Assembly: GCA_020137815.1 (NCBI GenBank)
Contig: CM035357.1
Coordinates: 6,696,001 to 6,760,000, forward strand
Origin: Hormiphora californensis
Lineage: Eukaryota; Animalia; Ctenophora
Direction: 5' to 3'
Length of the DNA: 64,000 nt
The position numbers and the translations under genes were made by a program. The notes under the pieces were generated by a model, which ran no database searches, was not told where the DNA came from, and worked only from the letters and a program-made list of their open reading frames with translations. How positions within the stretch are numbered: the stretch's first letter is position 1; each line of letters begins with the position of its first letter. Below, in pieces: positions 63,187 through 64,000 of the stretch.

Positions 63187-63555
63187 GGGGGGCCGGGGGG
63201 ATGAGAACTGACAAGAGGAGGTCAATGAGATTGTAGCTACAAACCCCTCCTAGGGTTGAGAGGAGTTTTTTGGCATGGGCTCTCTCTTGTAATACATGGT
63301 GTGGTTCACATACCTATTCATAACAACTACTTTGTCCACTCTCGACTGATGCCTGGCAAGTGTCAAATTCAGCCATTGCGGTTGATGTTGAAGGCTTGAA
63401 TGGTACGTTGAACTAGGATTGCCATCAATAGCTCTTGATGGTACGGCACCGCCATACACGCTTCTTGAAGTTGCCCCACTGAATGCACTTGATCCTCCAG
63501 ATTTCCAGATCTCCCCATTGGAAAGGGGCAGAATAAGGAAAAGAAGAACAAACAT
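62368..63555 (-). CDS. Secreted F-type lectin/FTP (F5/8C-like) domain protein, spliced
   Basis: Signal peptide, ATSRSVYGGAVPSRAIDGN..YHS..QWLNLTL..VDKVVVMNR; second exon RLLGTQV..CGTI..YTLSC..MNLQEVYI. Confidence 0.7.
62785..63110 (+). repeat. 21-bp minisatellite (GGGCGTGAGAGGAGTCAATA-like) followed by poly-G 63136-63185
   Basis: Direct. Confidence 0.85.
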
Positions 63556-63946
63556 CTGCTAAATAGAGGTTAAATTATGTAATGGTTTCTGGTTGTTAAC
63601 CGGACCATGCTGCTCCTCAGTGAAAGCAAAATGTTTATCACAACACTATCTTAAGCTATAGAAACAAATCTTTCCCAAAGACAGACATCTCTCACAAGTG
63701 TTCTAGAGATGATCTGTCTGTTGTAATGGCGATTGTTTCTTGTTTAGAGAGAAGCTGTGTGCTGCAGTAATGGCGATTGTTTCTTGCCTTCAACTACCAG
63801 TATAGAAAACTATATAAAAGTGAAGCTACGAGCTAGAGCTATCTAGCCCATCATGGTGAAGCTGTGTGTAACGGTGATTGTTCAGAAAGTGCTAATAATA
63901 GCAGGCTTAGAATCCCATTAGCTCTAGAGCCCTTTCTCTACGGAGG

Positions 63947-64000
<54 letters not shown>

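Overview
Eukaryotic (animal) intron-rich genomic DNA; the MITE families resemble those I recall from the ctenophore Pleurobrachia (tentative). Host genes: UTP20 (minus, ATG 14631, running off the window start) with a nested intronless GT4-type glycosyltransferase in one intron; a C2H2 zinc-finger gene; a secreted two-PLAT-domain gene; an inner-arm axonemal dynein heavy chain (DNAH3/12-like, plus, from 34473 past the window end) with an antisense nested F-type-lectin-like gene. The region 16.7-31 kb is a retroelement nest. An ORF1-only (HAL1-like) element is split by a 5'-truncated CR1-type LINE. It is followed by a ~9.25-kb inverted-repeat-bounded cassette holding a Neptune-type Penelope-like ORF (RT+GIY-YIG), a minimal hammerhead ribozyme, and an apparently full-length L2-type LINE whose ORF2 looks accessed by -1 frameshifting. 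Dynein introns carry nested foldback/MITE elements, a (GA)n-inserted R4/Dong REL fragment and another LINE. Several stretches (notably dynein AAA1) are indel-rich and probably reflect assembly error. Exon boundaries were read by eye and are approximate.
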